DNA from: an uncultured Bacillaceae bacterium
GTDB lineage: Bacteria > Bacillota > Bacilli > Tepidibacillales > Tepidibacillaceae
NCBI GenBank assembly: GCA_964514395.1
Contig: CAZEQK010000003.1
Coordinates: 12,344 to 76,343 of the forward strand
Reading direction: 5' to 3'
Length of the DNA stretch: 64,000 nt
The notes under the pieces were generated by a model. The model did no database searches and had not been told where the DNA came from. It was given only the letters and a program-made list of their open reading frames with translations. Every line of letters starts with the position of its first letter. Positions within the stretch are counted from its first letter, which is position 1. Both the position numbers and the translations under genes were made by a program. Positions 50,860 through 62,136 of this stretch are shown piece after piece.

Positions 50860-51657
50860 TTACCATTTACCAATTAATTGAATGAAAATAATAATACTTC
50901 CTATGAACCATACATAATAAGAAAAAATTTTTAATGAACCAGTTTTTAATATATGCAGCATCCATCTTACTGCTACATAACCAGCTATCGCTGCTGACAG
51001 CATTCCTATTATTAAAGGAATCACTCCAATTACGCTAAGTGTACTTAACTGTTCACCATTTAAAATTTTAAGCAATTGTAATATAACTCCTCCAAAAATG
51101 GCAGGTAAAGAAATGAGAAAGGAAAATTTTGCAGCATCTTCTTTTTTAATGCCTCTAAATAGAGAGCCTGCTATAGTTAATCCTGATCTAGAAATAGCAG
51201 GTAAAATTGCTACCCCCTGTAAGGTACCGATTATGAATGCATCCGTATAATTTATTTTTTTTAGTGCTTTTATACCTTCTTCTTTTTTAGCATCAGCAAA
51301 CCATAAAATCAATCCAGTCACTAAAAACTCCCAACCAACTGTAACTCCTGTTTTCGATATTTTTTCAAAAAAGTCTTCAAAATATAAGCCAATGATTGCA
51401 GTTGGAATCGTACCAACAATAATTAGTAAGGATAGCCTACTATACGGTTTTTTTATCATCTGGATAATTTCTTGCCAAAAAATAATAAGTAACGAAATAA
51501 ATGTCCCAAAATGTAACATCGTGTCTAAAAATAATCCTGTTTCAGATAAACCAAAAAGTTTTCTCCCTAATAAAAGATGTCCACTAGAGCTAATAGGTAG
51601 AAATTCTGTTAACCCTTGAATAATACCTAAAACAATAACCTTTATTAATTCCTCCAT
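50860..51657 (-). CDS. uppP: Undecaprenyl-diphosphate phosphatase
   Basis: GIIQGLTEFLPISSSGHL and PAISRSG motifs, 8 TM segments. Confidence 0.94.
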   Translation of the reverse strand: MEELIKVIVLGIIQGLTEFLPISSSGHLLLGRKLFGLSETGLFLDTMLHFGTFISLLIIFWQEIIQMIKKPYSRLSLLIIVGTIPTAIIGLYFEDFFEKISKTGVTVGWEFLVTGLILWFADAKKEEGIKALKKINYTDAFIIGTLQGVAILPAISRSGLTIAGSLFRGIKKEDAAKFSFLISLPAIFGGVILQLLKILNGEQLSTLSVIGVIPLIIGMLSAAIAGYVAVRWMLHILKTGSLKIFSYYVWFIGSIIIFIQLIGKW

Positions 51658-51767
51658 ATTTCACCTCCATCATGCTTTAGATACGGGATGAATTCGATAT
51701 TCAAATCGATATTGTATCTTATTCCATGATGGACAGGTTTATGATTCACAGCTATAGTGTTTATGCC

Positions 51768-52289
<522 letters not shown>

Positions 52290-52447
52290 TTAACTAAATA
52301 AAGTGATTTTGAACACTTTGTGAATTATTGAGCAAATGTATTGTGTTATTAAAAAAAATATTTTATTCTTATACTTGAATAGTCTAACAAGTATGTGAAG
52401 CCTCTAACAAGGTCACCTTACCTTCACATTACTGACTCCATCCTTTT

Positions 52448-52488
52448 GGAGAAAAGCGCCCTAAACCCGCTTTCTCCTCTTTTTTTTT
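52448..52488 (+). terminator. Orphan plus-strand intrinsic terminator with no plus-strand gene upstream
   Basis: ggagaaaagcg (52448-52458) pairs with cgctttctcc (52468-52477) over 10 bp with one bulged A. It is followed by tcttttttttt. Confidence 0.7.
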
Positions 52489-52530
52489 GTTTAAAGTAAT
52501 AAAGGAATGCTGTTCCTTATACAGTATAGC

Positions 52531-52558
52531 AAAAGCCCTCAGAATTCAATCTGAGGGC
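52531..52558 (-). terminator. Intrinsic terminator after the acs remnant
   Basis: Minus strand reads GCCCTCAG-ATTGAATT-CTGAGGGC followed by TTTT. Confidence 0.7.
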
Positions 52559-52577
52559 TTCATGTATCATATTAACA

Positions 52578-52874
52578 CTACGATATGTATAATTTTAAAT
52601 CCTTTAATAATTGATCTAAAACTTCTGCATCCTCCAATCTTGTAGTATCTCCTTTAATTGTTCCAGTCGTTGTTATTTCACGAAGCATTCTACGTATTAT
52701 TTTTCCACTTCTTGTTCTAGGAAGCGCATCAACCAAATATACCTTTGCGGGTTTCGCAAAGGAACCAATCTCATCCACTACCTTTTGCTTTAATGCTTCT
52801 TCTAATGCTTTATCTGCGCTTTCTTTTAATGGGATGATCTTTCCTCTACGATAAGATACATCAGCCGTAATCAA
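52578..52874 (-). pseudogene. 3' remnant of an AMP-forming acetyl-CoA synthetase-type gene (C-terminal subdomain only)
   Basis: The 98-aa ORF ends ...EIGSFAKPAKVYLVDALPRTRSGKIIRRMLREITTTGTIKGDTTRLEDAEVLDQLL. This aligns by eye to the last 75 or so residues of Acs (LPKTRSGKIMRRILRKIA...GDTSTL). The roughly 550 aa of adenylation domain are missing and the upstream DNA is AT-rich non-coding. Confidence 0.75.
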
Positions 52875-53050
52875 TATTTTTGCATGTGAATTATTAATTC
52901 TTTCCCGAATTATTATTTATTTCCAATTACTCTTTTATTTTAATTTTTTTGAATATCAATGATAATATTTTTATTTTTCTATTATTTTATAATATACATT
53001 TCTCTAAATAAAAAAATTCCAACACAAGTGTGATGGAATACAAACTTTAG

Positions 53051-53127
<77 letters not shown>

Positions 53128-53169
53128 ATATCATCAGATATAAAAAAAGCCCTTAAAGGCTATTTAAAA

Positions 53170-53259
<90 letters not shown>

Positions 53260-53384
53260 ATATTTAGCTGTCAACGAGATATATATTAACACATATCATA
53301 AGCTTTTATCAAGTACTTCACTTAATTATTTTTTTGGTATTTCAAGTAATAAGTTGGGGCCAGTTGAATTCCGACCCCAGATTA

Positions 53385-54662
53385 TTATTTTGGGATTCTT
53401 TCTAATCCATTCATATATGGTCGTAATGCTTCAGGTATGATTACAGTCCCATCATCCTGCTGATAATTTTCTAGAATCGCTGCTACTGTTCTTCCTATTG
53501 CTAATCCTGAACCATTTAACGTATGGACAAATTCAGGCTTTGCCTTTTTGTGTGGTCGGTATCTAATATTTGCTCTTCTAGCTTGAAAATCCTCAAAATT
53601 ACTGACAGAGGATATCTCGCGATAGGTGTTCACACTAGGTAACCACACTTCAATATCAAAGGTTTTTGCAGATGTAAAGCCTAAATCGCCAGTACATAAA
53701 TTCATAACTCTATAAGGGATTCCTAATAATTGTAAAACTTTTTCAGCATTTGCAAGGAGCTTTTCCAGTTCATGATATGATTCTTCTGGATGTACAAATT
53801 TTACGAGCTCCACTTTATTAAATTGATGTAATCTAATTAATCCCCTTGTATCTCGACCAGCTGATCCAGCTTCAGAACGAAAACAAGGGCTATATGCCGC
53901 AAAATATTTTGGCAAATCTTCATTTTCCAATATTTCATCTCGATACATATTTGTCACAGGAACTTCCGCTGTAGGAATGAGAAAATAATCTGTATTTTGT
54001 AATTTAAAAGCATCTTCTTCAAATTTTGGTAGCTGTCCAGTTCCAGTCATGCTATCTCTATTAACGATAAATGGTGGTATCACTTCTTCATAGCCGTGTT
54101 TATCAACATGTAAGTCAAGCATGAAACTAATTAACGCTCTTTCTAAACGTGCCCCTAGCCCTTTATAAAATACAAATCTAGAGCCTGATACTTTTGCTGC
54201 TGTTTCAAAATCAAGAATTCCCAGCTGCTCAGCTACTTCGTAATGGGGTTTTGGATTAAATTCAAACTCTTTCGTTTCCCCCCATTTATGATCTATAACA
54301 TTATCTTGCTCAGATACGCCAATCGGTACACTTTCATGGGGCATATTAGGTATTCTTAGCATAATATCATGAAGCTCTTCATCCAGTGTTTTAATCTCTT
54401 CATCTAGCTCTTTAATTTTGTCGCCAACCTGTCTCATTTCTAGAATTAATGCTTCCGCATCTTCTCCAGCTTTTTTTAACTTTGCTACCTCTTGAGACAC
54501 TGTATTTCTACGATTTTTTAACTGTTCACTTTCTTGTAATAATTCTCTTCTTCTCATATCTAAATCTGAAAAAGAATCAATTTCATTCATTTTATCATTT
54601 CTGTTTTTTAAAGATTTTTTTAATAAATCTAAATCATTTCGCAACAATTTTATATCTAACAT
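53385..54662 (-). CDS. serS: Serine--tRNA ligase
   Basis: N-terminal coiled-coil arm. Class II motifs ([30 protein letters not shown]). Confidence 0.96.
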   Translation of the reverse strand: MLDIKLLRNDLDLLKKSLKNRNDKMNEIDSFSDLDMRRRELLQESEQLKNRRNTVSQEVAKLKKAGEDAEALILEMRQVGDKIKELDEEIKTLDEELHDIMLRIPNMPHESVPIGVSEQDNVIDHKWGETKEFEFNPKPHYEVAEQLGILDFETAAKVSGSRFVFYKGLGARLERALISFMLDLHVDKHGYEEVIPPFIVNRDSMTGTGQLPKFEEDAFKLQNTDYFLIPTAEVPVTNMYRDEILENEDLPKYFAAYSPCFRSEAGSAGRDTRGLIRLHQFNKVELVKFVHPEESYHELEKLLANAEKVLQLLGIPYRVMNLCTGDLGFTSAKTFDIEVWLPSVNTYREISSVSNFEDFQARRANIRYRPHKKAKPEFVHTLNGSGLAIGRTVAAILENYQQDDGTVIIPEALRPYMNGLERIPK

Positions 54663-54715
54663 AATGATCGACCTCCATTCTATAAATTTATAAACAACAA
54701 AAATTAATCACTACT

Positions 54716-54735
54716 GATACTATGAGATACTATGA
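54716..54735. repeat. Tandem 10-mer gatactatga x2 between the serS T-box terminator and the serS start
   Basis: Identical units at 54716-54725 and 54726-54735. Confidence 0.9.
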
Positions 54736-54743
54736 TTAAGCTT

Positions 54744-54990
54744 TTTTTTGTATTAAAAAAAGCACTATCCCTTATACCAAGGGACGGTGCTTAGCTCCGC
54801 GTTGCCACCCTAATTGCCTTTTAGAAAAGACCTCTCTTACAAATAACGGTTTCTAGCCGTGTTTTCTTACTTTCATTCAGAAAACAATTCAGAGACGGAT
54901 TCTCCAGTGTCATTGATCGATTTACACCAGCCACCGACTCTCTAATACAATGACAAATCTGAATACTACTTCTCATCCACATTTTGAACA
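54744..54990 (-). promoter_or_regulatory. T-box leader (Ser specifier) controlling serS
   Basis: Minus strand has a GGATGAGAAGTAGTA K-turn, AGAGAGTCGGTGGCTGGTG stem I and specifier context GAGAA-TCC-G. The T-box AATTAGGGTGGCAACGCG is the complement of 54798-54815. The terminator AAGCACCGTCCC/GGGATAGTGCTT plus T-run spans 54744-54782. Confidence 0.88.
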
Positions 54991-55010
54991 TTATTCATTT
55001 TTATTTTAAT

Positions 55011-55039
55011 AATGTACTATATTTTCCTTATATTTGCAA
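55011..55039 (-). promoter_or_regulatory. Candidate sigma-A promoter of the serS leader
   Basis: Minus strand reads TTGCAA (55034-55039), a 17-nt spacer, then TACATT (55011-55016). Confidence 0.45.
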
Positions 55040-55060
55040 GGAAAGATAGAAAAAAACTTA

Positions 55061-55633
55061 TTACCTATATTCTTTCACCATTTCGATAAAATATTTATGG
55101 ATTCTTAAATCATTTGTTAGTTCTGGGTGAAATGCAGAGCCTAAGAGGTGTCCCTCCCGAACTACAACAATTTTGCCATCATACTCAGATAATATCTCAA
55201 CGCCTTCATATACTTCCATGATGTATGGCGCTCTTATAAAAACAGCATTAAAATTTTCAGCAACATGTTTAATATCTAAATTAACTTCGAAGCTTTCTTT
55301 TTGTCTTCCAAAAGCATTTCTTTCGACTTTAATATTCAATAATCCTAAATGATGATAATTAATATGATTAATTTCCTTTGCTAACAAAATGAGCCCGGCG
55401 CATGTGCCAAATATTGGTTTTTTTTGCTCTGAGAAACGAATTAGCTCCTCTTCAAAACCATATTTATTAATTAATTTACTAATAGTTGTACTTTCGCCAC
55501 CTGGAATAATTAAACCATCTAATTGATTTAATTCCTCTACTTTTTTAACAGCAATTGCTTCTTCTCCAAGTGCTTCAATCATTCTTTTATGCTCTGCTAT
55601 CGCACCTTGTAATGCTAATATACCAATTTTCAA
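55061..55633 (-). CDS. pdxT: Pyridoxal 5'-phosphate synthase glutaminase subunit
   Basis: KIGILALQGA, GTCAG catalytic Cys, AFHPELT. Confidence 0.95.
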   Translation of the reverse strand: MKIGILALQGAIAEHKRMIEALGEEAIAVKKVEELNQLDGLIIPGGESTTISKLINKYGFEEELIRFSEQKKPIFGTCAGLILLAKEINHINYHHLGLLNIKVERNAFGRQKESFEVNLDIKHVAENFNAVFIRAPYIMEVYEGVEILSEYDGKIVVVREGHLLGSAFHPELTNDLRIHKYFIEMVKEYR

Positions 55634-55696
55634 TGACGCACACCTTCTTATCCATTACATGATCAAAGCGTTTATATGCAAGGAACTACCGTATTA

Positions 55697-56581
55697 CTAC
55701 CAGCCTCTTTTAGCCATCTTTTCATTTTCTAATAAGGAGGAGATTTCAATCCCTTTCATTGGATTGCCTAATCCTTTAGATAATTTTGCAATAAGATCAA
55801 AATCTGTGTAATGGGTAGTTGCCTCAACAATGGCTTTCGCAAATTTTTCTGGGTTCTCAGATTTAAATATGCCTGAACCAACAAATACACCGTCAGCTCC
55901 TAAATGCATCATTAAAGATGCGTCAGCAGGAGTAGAAATACCACCAGCTGCAAAATTAACAACAGGTAATTTACCAATCTGATGAACCTCTAGTAAAAGT
56001 TCATAAGGTGCACCTAAGTTTTTTGCTTCTGTCATTAACTCGTCCTTAGACATTGTTTGGACTTTTCTGATCTGACTCATCACAGTTCTCATATGCTTCA
56101 CTGCTTCTACTACATTTCCTGTCCCTGGTTCTCCTTTTGTCCGAATCATGGAAGAACCCTCACCAATTCTACGAAGTGCCTCTCCTAAATCTCTAGCTCC
56201 ATTAACAAATGGAACAGTAAATGCATTTTTGTCTATATGATATACTTCATCCGCTGGTGTTAATACTTCACTTTCATCTATATAATCTACTCCCAGTGAT
56301 TCTAAAAGACGAGCTTCAATAAAATGTCCAATTCTTGCTTTTGCCATAACAGGAATACTAACTGTATTCATGACTTCTTCAATTATTTTAGGATCAGCCA
56401 TACGCGCAACTCCACCTGCTGCCCTAATATCTGCTGGCACTCTTTCTAATGCCATAACAGCAACTGCTCCAGCAGCTTCCGCTATCTTCGCTTGTTCAGC
56501 GTTGACAACATCCATAATTACTCCACCCTTTTGCATTTCAGCCATGCCGCGCTTTACACGTGATGTTCCAACCTCAACCAT
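55697..56581 (-). CDS. pdxS: Pyridoxal 5'-phosphate synthase lyase subunit
   Basis: [18 protein letters not shown]...[19 protein letters not shown] is almost identical to B. subtilis PdxS. Confidence 0.97.
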   Translation of the reverse strand: MVEVGTSRVKRGMAEMQKGGVIMDVVNAEQAKIAEAAGAVAVMALERVPADIRAAGGVARMADPKIIEEVMNTVSIPVMAKARIGHFIEARLLESLGVDYIDESEVLTPADEVYHIDKNAFTVPFVNGARDLGEALRRIGEGSSMIRTKGEPGTGNVVEAVKHMRTVMSQIRKVQTMSKDELMTEAKNLGAPYELLLEVHQIGKLPVVNFAAGGISTPADASLMMHLGADGVFVGSGIFKSENPEKFAKAIVEATTHYTDFDLIAKLSKGLGNPMKGIEISSLLENEKMAKRGW

Positions 56582-56676
56582 TTATCTTCCTCCTATTTAA
56601 TTAATTTTTATTATTCTTTTATATCCATTAAATTTTATCTAAAAATCTTAGAAATAACAATCTGTTATTACAAAAA

Positions 56677-57963
56677 TCAACCAATAATTGAATGATACAA
56701 TGATTTGAAAAAATTAATTATTTTTCTAAAAAACAGTCGGAAGAAACTTCCTTTATCTACCTTATCTTTCGCAACTAAATCTACTTTGTTTTTGGATTGA
56801 ATACTATTATTTAAGTAAGAATAATTTGCTTCTCCTTTATATTCATAAGTTACTTCCCCTAATATTTCACCTTTTTTTATTGGGGCTGTAATGTTATCCT
56901 TCAATATTATTTTTGGCTCATAAAGATTTTGTTCCTCTTTTTTCGCTATCACTACTAAATCTTTACTAGTCATTACAGGAACTTCTGTTTGTACCCCCTT
57001 TTCCACAGGCACTGTTTGGTAATTTGGTATTTCATCCTTGGCTTTTAATATCGTTAGATAATTAAAATTTACAAAGCCATAATCAAAAAGTTTTTTTGTT
57101 TCTAAAAAACGTTCCTCCTTTGATGAGGTACCAAAAACAACACTGATTAATCTTACATTGTTCCTTTTTGCAGTACCAGTAAAATTGTAACCTGATTCTT
57201 CAGTGAACCCTGTCTTTAAACCATCTACTCCAGGATATTCTAAATCTTTAACTAAACCTGGTAACATCCAATTCCAGTTTGGTCTGTTTTTAAACGTTTC
57301 CTTAAAATCTAAATAGGGAGTACTAGTAAAATTCAATATCTCTGGATAATCATTGATTAAATGCCAAGCTAAGGTTGCCGTATCTCTAGCTGACATGACA
57401 TGATCTCCTGGTCCATTAGGGGTATATTTACCAAGCTCATCGGCCGGAAATCCAGTGGAGGTCAAAAAATGTGTTTGTGTCATATCGAATTCCTTCGCCT
57501 TTTTATTCATCATATCTACGAAGTTTGCTTCAGAACCACCAACATATTCTGCTAAATTAACAGTAGCGTCATTAGCCGAATAGATTGCCATCGCCTTCAT
57601 CAGTTCCTTTACGGTATGCTTTTCTCCTAAACCTAGAAAAACTCTTGAACCGCCATGTTCTCCCATCCAATATGTATAGTTACTAGCAGTTACTACATCA
57701 TCATAGGATATCTTGCCAGAGTGAATCGCATCTAATATTAAATATTCGGTCATCATTTTTGTCATACTTGCTGGCGGCAAAGCTTGATCAATATTCTGAC
57801 TATATAAAATTTGCCCTGTCTTTGCATCTACTAAAATTGCAGCTTTTGCATTAATATCTAGTTTGGCTTGAGCAAATACTTTATTTTGATCTATTCCTGT
57901 CAACGGAATAAGAATGGACAATATTAGTGAATATATCATCAATTTGATTGCATTTTTCTTCAT
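56677..57963 (-). CDS. dacA: D-alanyl-D-alanine carboxypeptidase (PBP5-type)
   Basis: Signal peptide, SMTK active-site motif, SAN and KTG motifs, C-terminal amphipathic anchor. GGAGG lies 7 nt before the ATG at 57963, so the 5-codon track extension is rejected. Confidence 0.92.
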   Translation of the reverse strand: MKKNAIKLMIYSLILSILIPLTGIDQNKVFAQAKLDINAKAAILVDAKTGQILYSQNIDQALPPASMTKMMTEYLILDAIHSGKISYDDVVTASNYTYWMGEHGGSRVFLGLGEKHTVKELMKAMAIYSANDATVNLAEYVGGSEANFVDMMNKKAKEFDMTQTHFLTSTGFPADELGKYTPNGPGDHVMSARDTATLAWHLINDYPEILNFTSTPYLDFKETFKNRPNWNWMLPGLVKDLEYPGVDGLKTGFTEESGYNFTGTAKRNNVRLISVVFGTSSKEERFLETKKLFDYGFVNFNYLTILKAKDEIPNYQTVPVEKGVQTEVPVMTSKDLVVIAKKEEQNLYEPKIILKDNITAPIKKGEILGEVTYEYKGEANYSYLNNSIQSKNKVDLVAKDKVDKGSFFRLFFRKIINFFKSLYHSIIG

Positions 57964-58027
57964 TCCTTTTACCTCCATAACATTTTACATACACCTATTG
58001 CAAAAAATATTTTACCATATAATAAAC

Positions 58028-58060
58028 AATAAAAGAAAGATAGGGAAAGGTTTCCCTATC
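58028..58060 (-). terminator. Intrinsic terminator downstream of guaB (about 130 nt after the stop)
   Basis: Palindrome agatagggaaa-gg-tttccctatct followed on the minus strand by TTCTTTTATT. Confidence 0.7.
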
Positions 58061-58188
58061 TTGTTATAATTTGTCCGATAGCTACCCGCGCTATTTTCCC
58101 TTCAGTTAATAAGCAGCGCTAAGCTCCTGGATAAAGTTCTACTAACATTCAGGTAATGCATCTGAATGAGTTTCACTATATGTCATTA

Positions 58189-59655
<1,467 letters not shown>

Positions 59656-59791
59656 CTACCTTCAAATAGTTTTATAAAAATATATTATTGAAAGTTTAAC
59701 AAAGGCATTTTTTACTGTCAAGACACCATAATAATATGGACTAATTTGAGAAAAAATATTTAATAAAAAATGAAGATATGAGGTTATTTAA

Positions 59792-60847
59792 ATGAGAAAA
59801 ATAAGACATATATACAGTGAAAATCCTTATAATAAGCTTTGGGATACCTTCGTTTTTTTTGAAAGTGAACCCACTACAAAAAAATTTTTAGCAGATATTT
59901 ATCACAAACAAAAAGATATAAATAGCATTAAATATTCCTTCCAAAATACTTCAAAATTTATTTATTTTCTAAAACAAGCAAGAGAGTACTTCTTATCCGC
60001 AGAAAAAAGTAATATTTTAGTTAAGCCTCTGCTTATTTACTACGGAATGATGAATTTAGTGAAAGCTGTCATATTGACAAAAGAACCCAGCTATCCAAGC
60101 CGTACAGGAGTCTTACGTCATGGTATTACAACTAGAAAGCTAAAAAAGCTTAACTATCAATTTCATGATGATGAAATTAAAATTCAAAAGGAAGGCTTAT
60201 TAACATTATTCTATACAATTATGACAAATAATCAAATAGAAAGTATAGAAGGAAATAAATACAAAATTAAAGAATTACTTTCATTATTACCAGAGCTAAG
60301 TGAAAGCTATCATCGATTATTTAATGAAAGAAAGTTCTTTAATATAACTATTGAGCCTTTGAATGATTCTTCAGTTCTATTATCCATACCAAGAGATACT
60401 TTGATTTTTTATGAATATTTACCTACTCATTTGGTAAATGAATTAAATAAATATACCGAGGGAAATTCAAATCCATTCTATTTAGAAAAAAGTAATGACA
60501 AGAAAAGCATCGCAATTAAATGGATTGGTACCATTAATAAACCTTTATTGTATGCAAACTTTTTTGATCACCCCATGCTCATTCAAGATATGAAAGGTAA
60601 TTATTCTTTTCGTCCATATAGTTCACCAGCATCCCACCTTCCAGAAATTATGGTTGATTATATGCTCATGTTTAATCTCGGAATGCTTTGTAGATATGAA
60701 ACAGAATTATGGGGTGACATTATCTTCTCATTCACATCAGAAGACATGTATATCATCAATGAATTCATTAATATAACCATGCGAAAATTCCCAAATATGA
60801 TACTAAATAACTTGTTAGATGAATTCCTTATTTTTGAGGGAAATTAA
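59792..60847 (+). CDS. yaaC: YaaC-family protein (function unknown)
   Basis: KPLLIYYGMMNLVKAVILTKEPSYP...GVLRHGITTRK...DEIKIQKEGL resembles B. subtilis YaaC. Divergent from guaB, as in B. subtilis. Confidence 0.75.
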   Translation: MRKIRHIYSENPYNKLWDTFVFFESEPTTKKFLADIYHKQKDINSIKYSFQNTSKFIYFLKQAREYFLSAEKSNILVKPLLIYYGMMNLVKAVILTKEPSYPSRTGVLRHGITTRKLKKLNYQFHDDEIKIQKEGLLTLFYTIMTNNQIESIEGNKYKIKELLSLLPELSESYHRLFNERKFFNITIEPLNDSSVLLSIPRDTLIFYEYLPTHLVNELNKYTEGNSNPFYLEKSNDKKSIAIKWIGTINKPLLYANFFDHPMLIQDMKGNYSFRPYSSPASHLPEIMVDYMLMFNLGMLCRYETELWGDIIFSFTSEDMYIINEFINITMRKFPNMILNNLLDEFLIFEGN

Positions 60848-60868
60848 ATAATAAGGTGGAAACCCACC

Positions 60869-62080
60869 TTATTTAATCCAAGCCTTCTCGCTATATCTAT
60901 TTACAACATTCCACATGATATATTGGTTCACATTTAAATCATTACCTGCTTTTATTTGTTGTAGTACCTCTTTAGGTCCATAGGTGATATGTCCATTTAC
61001 CCATTTTGCAGTGAAATCCTGATACCAAGGACGTATAATCGCAGGGGTTTCTCCCCTTTGGATAATTTTTTCATTTTTCTTTTTCGCATCAATGATTCCG
61101 TACTTTATCACATCATATGGATTTGCATCAGGAATAGGAATTCCATATACTCTTTTACCATAATGTGAGGGATACATCATTGGACTAATGTAATCAATAA
61201 TAGGTGAAAGAATATCCCAATTTTGTCCGATTCCCATATCCCCTGCTGCACTAGTTGTTAAACCAAAAACATCGGCAGAAATAAATACAGGATAGTCCTT
61301 CAATTGTTCCTTCGAATAGGCTAAAAAAGAAGCGATTACTTCAGCTTTAGATAAATGATTAGGATTATCAAAGGTTGCTTCTCTATTAACTTTTGCTCCG
61401 TTCTCTGGAAATCTAATGTAATCAAATTGAATTTCATTAAATCCTTTTTCTGCAGCTTCCTTAGCTATTGAAATATCATAATCCCATACTTGTTTTTTAT
61501 AGGGATCTACCCAAGAAACTCCATTATTATCCCGCCATACCCCGCCAGTCTTTTTTTGTATCGCATTTTGAGGCTTCGAACCAGCATAGAATGGATCCTT
61601 AAAGGTCACAATTCTTGCAATCGTATATATATTATTTTCTTTTAATTTATGCAATAATCCATCAATGTCTTCAATAAATGTCCTTCTATCTGAGCCAATT
61701 TCTTTAATTAATGGATTGTTTGATTTAAAGGTTAAATAGCCTCTATCCTCTTTCACGTCGATGACAAGACTGTTTAGTTGAGTTTTATTTAGTAAATCGA
61801 CTAAGTGATTAATATAATCACTTCCTGCTGTATTACCAGTTACATATAGCCCTTTTACCTCTCTTTTAATCTTACTATGGTTAAGATGATCGATAGCGTA
61901 ATCATAATTATTTTGATACCATTCATGATAGGTTGAATCTATCGTGGGAACGGGTTGCTTGGTTATTTCCTCTTTTCCATAAACAGAACTATTGAAATTG
62001 CCAATATTGATGGCTAAAAGTGATAAAATGATCAAAAACATGGTTCTAGTAGCCATTATTTTATTTTTTTTCAAAGTCAC
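60869..62080 (-). CDS. Secreted or membrane-anchored putative glycoside-hydrolase-like TIM-barrel protein (DUF4015/COG1306-like)
   Basis: N-terminal hydrophobic anchor, then VKGLYVTG...NSLVIDVKEDRGYL...IYTIARIVTFKD...WVDPY...GFNEIQFDYIRFP, which I recognise as the DUF4015 pattern. Confidence 0.6.
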   Translation of the reverse strand: MTLKKNKIMATRTMFLIILSLLAINIGNFNSSVYGKEEITKQPVPTIDSTYHEWYQNNYDYAIDHLNHSKIKREVKGLYVTGNTAGSDYINHLVDLLNKTQLNSLVIDVKEDRGYLTFKSNNPLIKEIGSDRRTFIEDIDGLLHKLKENNIYTIARIVTFKDPFYAGSKPQNAIQKKTGGVWRDNNGVSWVDPYKKQVWDYDISIAKEAAEKGFNEIQFDYIRFPENGAKVNREATFDNPNHLSKAEVIASFLAYSKEQLKDYPVFISADVFGLTTSAAGDMGIGQNWDILSPIIDYISPMMYPSHYGKRVYGIPIPDANPYDVIKYGIIDAKKKNEKIIQRGETPAIIRPWYQDFTAKWVNGHITYGPKEVLQQIKAGNDLNVNQYIMWNVVNRYSEKAWIK

Positions 62081-62136
62081 TAGTACCTCCTAAATCATAT
62101 CTAGTATTAATAATATGTCACATATTTAACAATCGA

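Noticed and set aside
51658-51767. Direct repeat tcgatatt-caaa-tcgatatt upstream of uppP as an operator
   Set aside because: An 8-mer repeated once in AT-rich DNA is within chance expectation, and no partner regulator gene is nearby.
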